From NCBI RefSeq assembly GCF_021869535.1, contig NW_026262690.1:125488001-125552000 (forward strand): 64,000 nt of DNA, read 5' to 3'. The translations under genes were made by a program, and so were the position numbers. The DNA is from Mytilus californianus (taxonomy: Eukaryota). Below are positions 61,401 to 64,000 of this stretch, one piece after another; positions within the stretch are counted from its first letter, which is position 1; every line of letters begins with the position of its first letter. The notes beneath the pieces were generated by a model. That model saw only the letters and a program-made list of their open reading frames with translations. It made no database searches and had not been told where the DNA came from.

Positions 61401-63264
61401 CACTTGTATAAGTATCCTACAATTTTAGCCATGGCATTATCGGTTTATTTTTGACTGATGAGTTTGAATGTCCCTTTGGTATTCTTCGCTTCTCTTTTAC
61501 AATTAAAATACCATTGTTTACCAGAATGGGAAAAAAGTTATCCTTGCTATGGGCAAAGCTCATATTTTAATACTATATGTTAATTATAAAGTTTGATTAT
61601 GAGGCGGCTAAAGAAGTTTTCAAACTTAAAGATCGCCCCAGTAATCCAGGTAGAATTAAAAAATAACACAAGTAGTTTTAACTTCAACCATTCTTTTTTG
61701 TATTTTCTTGAATTTTTTTCTGGTGTTTTGGGAATTATGGGGATCTATGGACCCCAGTATAATTTTGTCTATCGACCCATTATGTGTTGTTGTTGATAAT
61801 CAACAAATTATCAACACACATTTGTCTAGCGATCAGGAAATTCGAGAAATTTTTGATGTCGTAGTACGATTAAAAATCTTCAAATTCGGATATTCAAAAG
61901 CATGATTATACACTGTATTTAAATACTTGGAATGATACTTTACTTGTAAATACTTTGTGAAAAATTCGCTGCCCATCGAAAAAGTGCGGGTAAAATTAGT
62001 TATTTCCCCTTAATAATCGTTTTCAGACTTTTCTTCAGTTCCAACGGAAACTCTAGAAAGATTCCAAATTTTAGAGTTACTTCTGCGCTTTTCATAAACA
62101 AAAAATATACTTTCAGCACAAGTTTGAATATTACATTGAAGAAATTATTTAGCTGGAGAATTTGCAATCAGGCCATCAAGGTTAAAAATAGTAATTTAGG
62201 TAGGAAGTGCTTTAAATCTTTACCCGAAGCATTTTTTTTTAGAATAAATGCACTTTAAGCCACTAGCTTGCTTATGCATAGAAGTTTCAACTATCCTACC
62301 GTAGTCTATAATCGGTCATAACGTTGGTTCGTTCGGATTTTGTTATTGTACTTATCATACGGGAAAACTCCGCATTGACGTCACTACGCTAATACAAGCG
62401 TAAAAAATTAGTGCAGAACACATTTTTTCTACACTTCTAAATAAAATGATATTTCTAAAGATATGTTTTCATTATTATTCTTAAATATTGTACAAAAATG
62501 CAGATTTTCTAATGGCCATTTCAAACCTGACTTCCAATTGCCTAAAAACATTTCAGAACTTAAGAAAACCCCTCTTCCGGCCTCCATTGCTTTGTTTACA
62601 TTCCATTGAGCATCATCAACCTTAGCAGACCAAACAGGACAAGCAAATCGTATTTTTAAGAATTTAAAAATGGCAAGCACCTTACGTCTTACACGATTTT
62701 TCCGCGAAAATAAACCATCCAAATTGAAAGAAAAACTTTGGGAAACAAACGATAATCATGCCATATTTTTGTTCAGGAATATAGAGTAGGTTAATAAAAA
62801 ACAATATACATATATTTTTCATAAAAAAAAAATTTGATTCAATATAAAGAGATCGATATTTTGACCATAAGTAAATATTCATATAAAATTCCATTGATGT
62901 CAAATTTCATGGCTTATAATGAGGTTTCCTATTGAATAAACCCCCAATTTATTGCTAACTATTTCAAAGCAATATCATACAAACAAATAATATAATTGCC
63001 TTGTACTAAAAATTCACCTAATTGACAGTAGAGCAATTTGATTGGATATAACGATTCAAGAAGTCACGTGGTTTTGAAGCCCATTAGAATTTGAATGTAA
63101 ACAAACCAGGTCAACTGCTCCAGTATGGAACAACATCGTATATTCAGTGACTGAGAAACAATTATGAGTAACCAAGCTTGACAATACACAGTAATAAAAA
63201 AACAAAGCTAAGTCTACAGAAAAATAAAATAAAAAATGTCCTTAAGTGCACGACTTACCACCAT
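43450..63264 (-). CDS. Uncharacterised ~782-aa protein with a large acidic/Ser-rich middle and a PWWP3A/MUM1-like C-terminal helical domain
   Basis: Phase-consistent exons: 63259-63264 (ATG GTG, tentative start), 59497-59586, 58974-59061, 54413-54504, 53861-54045, 49706-51220, 48892-48976, 45207-45255, 44018-44118, 43450-43587 (TGA); total 2349 nt. C-terminus: MYLKSIFQGNTESWRHLDY...LGLFTEEQQDIVMETLMSIF..KYLEYVMKVLLPEMLIKIHMAVHSVSHRESE. The 5' end is uncertain and may extend beyond the window. Confidence 0.8.
44210..44965 (-). mobile_element. tRNA-head SINE remnant (bivalve type) interrupted by a MITE
   Basis: The body ...TGCTGTGTGCTTAGCAGAGACGTAGCA...TTTGACC resumes at 44910 as GGTTTGACCCAACAGAGGTTCAAACCATGACC (reverse B-box-like). 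An opposite-orientation copy lies at ~59830-59960. Confidence 0.55.
44484..44909. mobile_element. hAT-like MITE nested in a SINE
   Basis: TIR CTTGGAGGGGCACTTC / GAAGTCCCCCTCTCCTAG; 8-bp TSD GCTTTGAC/GGTTTGAC. Confidence 0.6.
45945..46165 (+). mobile_element. Interspersed repeat (same family as 8750-8930)
   Basis: GGTGCCACCTGTGGAGCAGGAACTGCTTACC...CACCTGAGATCACCCC...GGTATTTTTTCCCTCTCT. Confidence 0.7.
46257..46838. mobile_element. Kolobok-type foldback element with ~185-bp inverted arms
   Basis: TTAA on both flanks (46253-46256, 46839-46842). Arms 46257-46440 and ~46654-46838 are diverged reverse complements. Confidence 0.7.
47014..47478 (+). mobile_element. PIF/Harbinger (Tourist-like) MITE, 465 bp, copy 1
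   Basis: Perfect 15-bp TIR GGTGTAATACCACCA; TSD TAA/TAA. Confidence 0.9.
48383..48847 (+). mobile_element. PIF/Harbinger (Tourist-like) MITE, 465 bp, copy 2
   Basis: Same TIR, apparently identical sequence to copy 1; TSD TTA/TTA. Confidence 0.9.
51462..51771. mobile_element. Foldback PIF/Harbinger-type MITE
   Basis: TTA|GAGCTCTTTTCCTAATGCTTG ... CAAGCATTAGGAAAAGAGCTC|TTA; ~130-bp inverted arms with a ~45-bp spacer. Confidence 0.8.
54921..56153 (+). mobile_element. HINE-like element carrying a ~188-192-bp tandem array (~6 units)
   Basis: AACCACAGAGTG at 55309, 55497, 55685, 55874, 56066 plus a degenerate first unit. GACGCC microsatellite-like stretch, 3' palindrome TCGACAAAAGTCGA, then A-run. 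Confidence 0.8.
56955..57270. mobile_element. Interspersed repeat (partial copy at ~30230-30340)
   Basis: The shared block TTTAACTAGCTATAAAACCAGGTTT...GGAATATGA(C/A)AGTTGTTTT occurs at both places. Confidence 0.6.
58495..58680 (-). mobile_element. Inverted copy of the 13772-13957 MITE
   Basis: Reverse-complement match throughout (CCGCCATTACTGGACATCACA..GGTTCCCGTAAAATTTTGA..). Confidence 0.7.
59995..60346. mobile_element. TIR element sharing ends with the 13772 family but with a different interior
   Basis: CACCTTATCGCTATTT ... AAATAGTGATAAGGTG. Confidence 0.55.
60392..60780 (+). pseudogene. 3' fragment of a CR1/L2-clade non-LTR retrotransposon (RT C-terminal region), frameshifted
   Basis: Translates EKIQHQDTKL/..SIRNLSYVERLKTLDLPTLEYRRDRY..DMLQVYKALHWIDNI, matching the CR1-type motif LEKVQRRATK..LSYEERL..L.LPTL..RR.RGDMI.VYK. 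Confidence 0.8.
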
Positions 63265-64000
63265 TGCGGGATACTTACATGTCTACAGTAGCAATTATGC
63301 CAATGAGTAACAAGTCTGTACAGTGGACAAAATATGGGGTCATATAAACATGTACAATTTACTTAAGATATTCTATCTGATAGTGATTTTACAGAGTTGA
63401 AAATGAAAAGAGTCATATCTGTATTTGTTTAAGGAGTTCCCTCCTTTGAAGGAGCACTTTTCCGAATTGGTGAAAAGTTAAAGTTTAAAACTATATTTAC
63501 AGGTCTTTCATGTCTTATTTAGTCCAAATAATTTTGACATCTTGAAAGGATATTTTTAAATTTCTGTGATGCCTTCCTACGATGTTATAATGCTAAAGCC
63601 ATTTTTTTTCGTCCTGACTTTGACAGAGAATTTTCGGCAGCACTTTGTCATGAAATTTTTTATTGACGGCTAGAAATGTTTGCATAGATTGAAATTTTTG
63701 TGTGCTTGTTGGTGCAAAATATTTTCAGAAATATCCAAAAGTAATGATAAAATGAGTTACGATTCCATTTGAGGTGTACAATGATCTACTTCAATTTCAA
63801 AATGGTTTCTCTGATTTCCCTTTACTTTACTTCTGGAGAGTATAAAATGTCAAATTCCATACAATTTGATGGACCAGACTTTCCAGAAAGTTTAATTTAA
63901 ATTATCTGGAAATTTTGGTCTGCCAACTTTAACTGCAAGAAAACCATGTATATCCTGAATTGTACATTTATCTCCTTTCACATGCCCATTTCAACCAAAT

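Overview
AT-rich, intron-rich animal genomic DNA. The interspersed-repeat complement looks like that of a marine mussel (Mytilus-like bivalve); this is an inference from remembered repeat families, not a search. Three spliced protein-coding genes were rebuilt by hand from splice sites and reading-frame phase. (1) A minus-strand CEP128 homologue, ~27 coding exons, ~978 aa, 4324-31007. (2) A plus-strand 149-aa calmodulin-like gene with a degenerate N-lobe, 34588-40167, head-to-head with CEP128. (3) A minus-strand ~782-aa gene, 43450-~63264, with a 1515-nt acidic exon and a C-terminal helical domain resembling that of PWWP3A/MUM1 but no visible PWWP domain. Introns are packed with non-autonomous elements: Helentron/HINE-like elements carrying internal tandem arrays, PIF/Harbinger-, Kolobok-, hAT- and TA-flanked MITEs, tRNA-type SINE remnants, a CR1-like LINE 3' fragment, and several minisatellites. 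Most notable observations: a minimal Penelope/retrozyme-type hammerhead ribozyme motif (36020-36061, minus strand, one core mutation), the PWWP-less PWWP3-like protein with SIM-like and PIP-like motifs, two apparently identical Harbinger MITEs with different TSDs, three tandem duplications copying splice junctions, and candidate micro- and cassette exons in CEP128. All protein similarities are from memory of the families; no database search was run.
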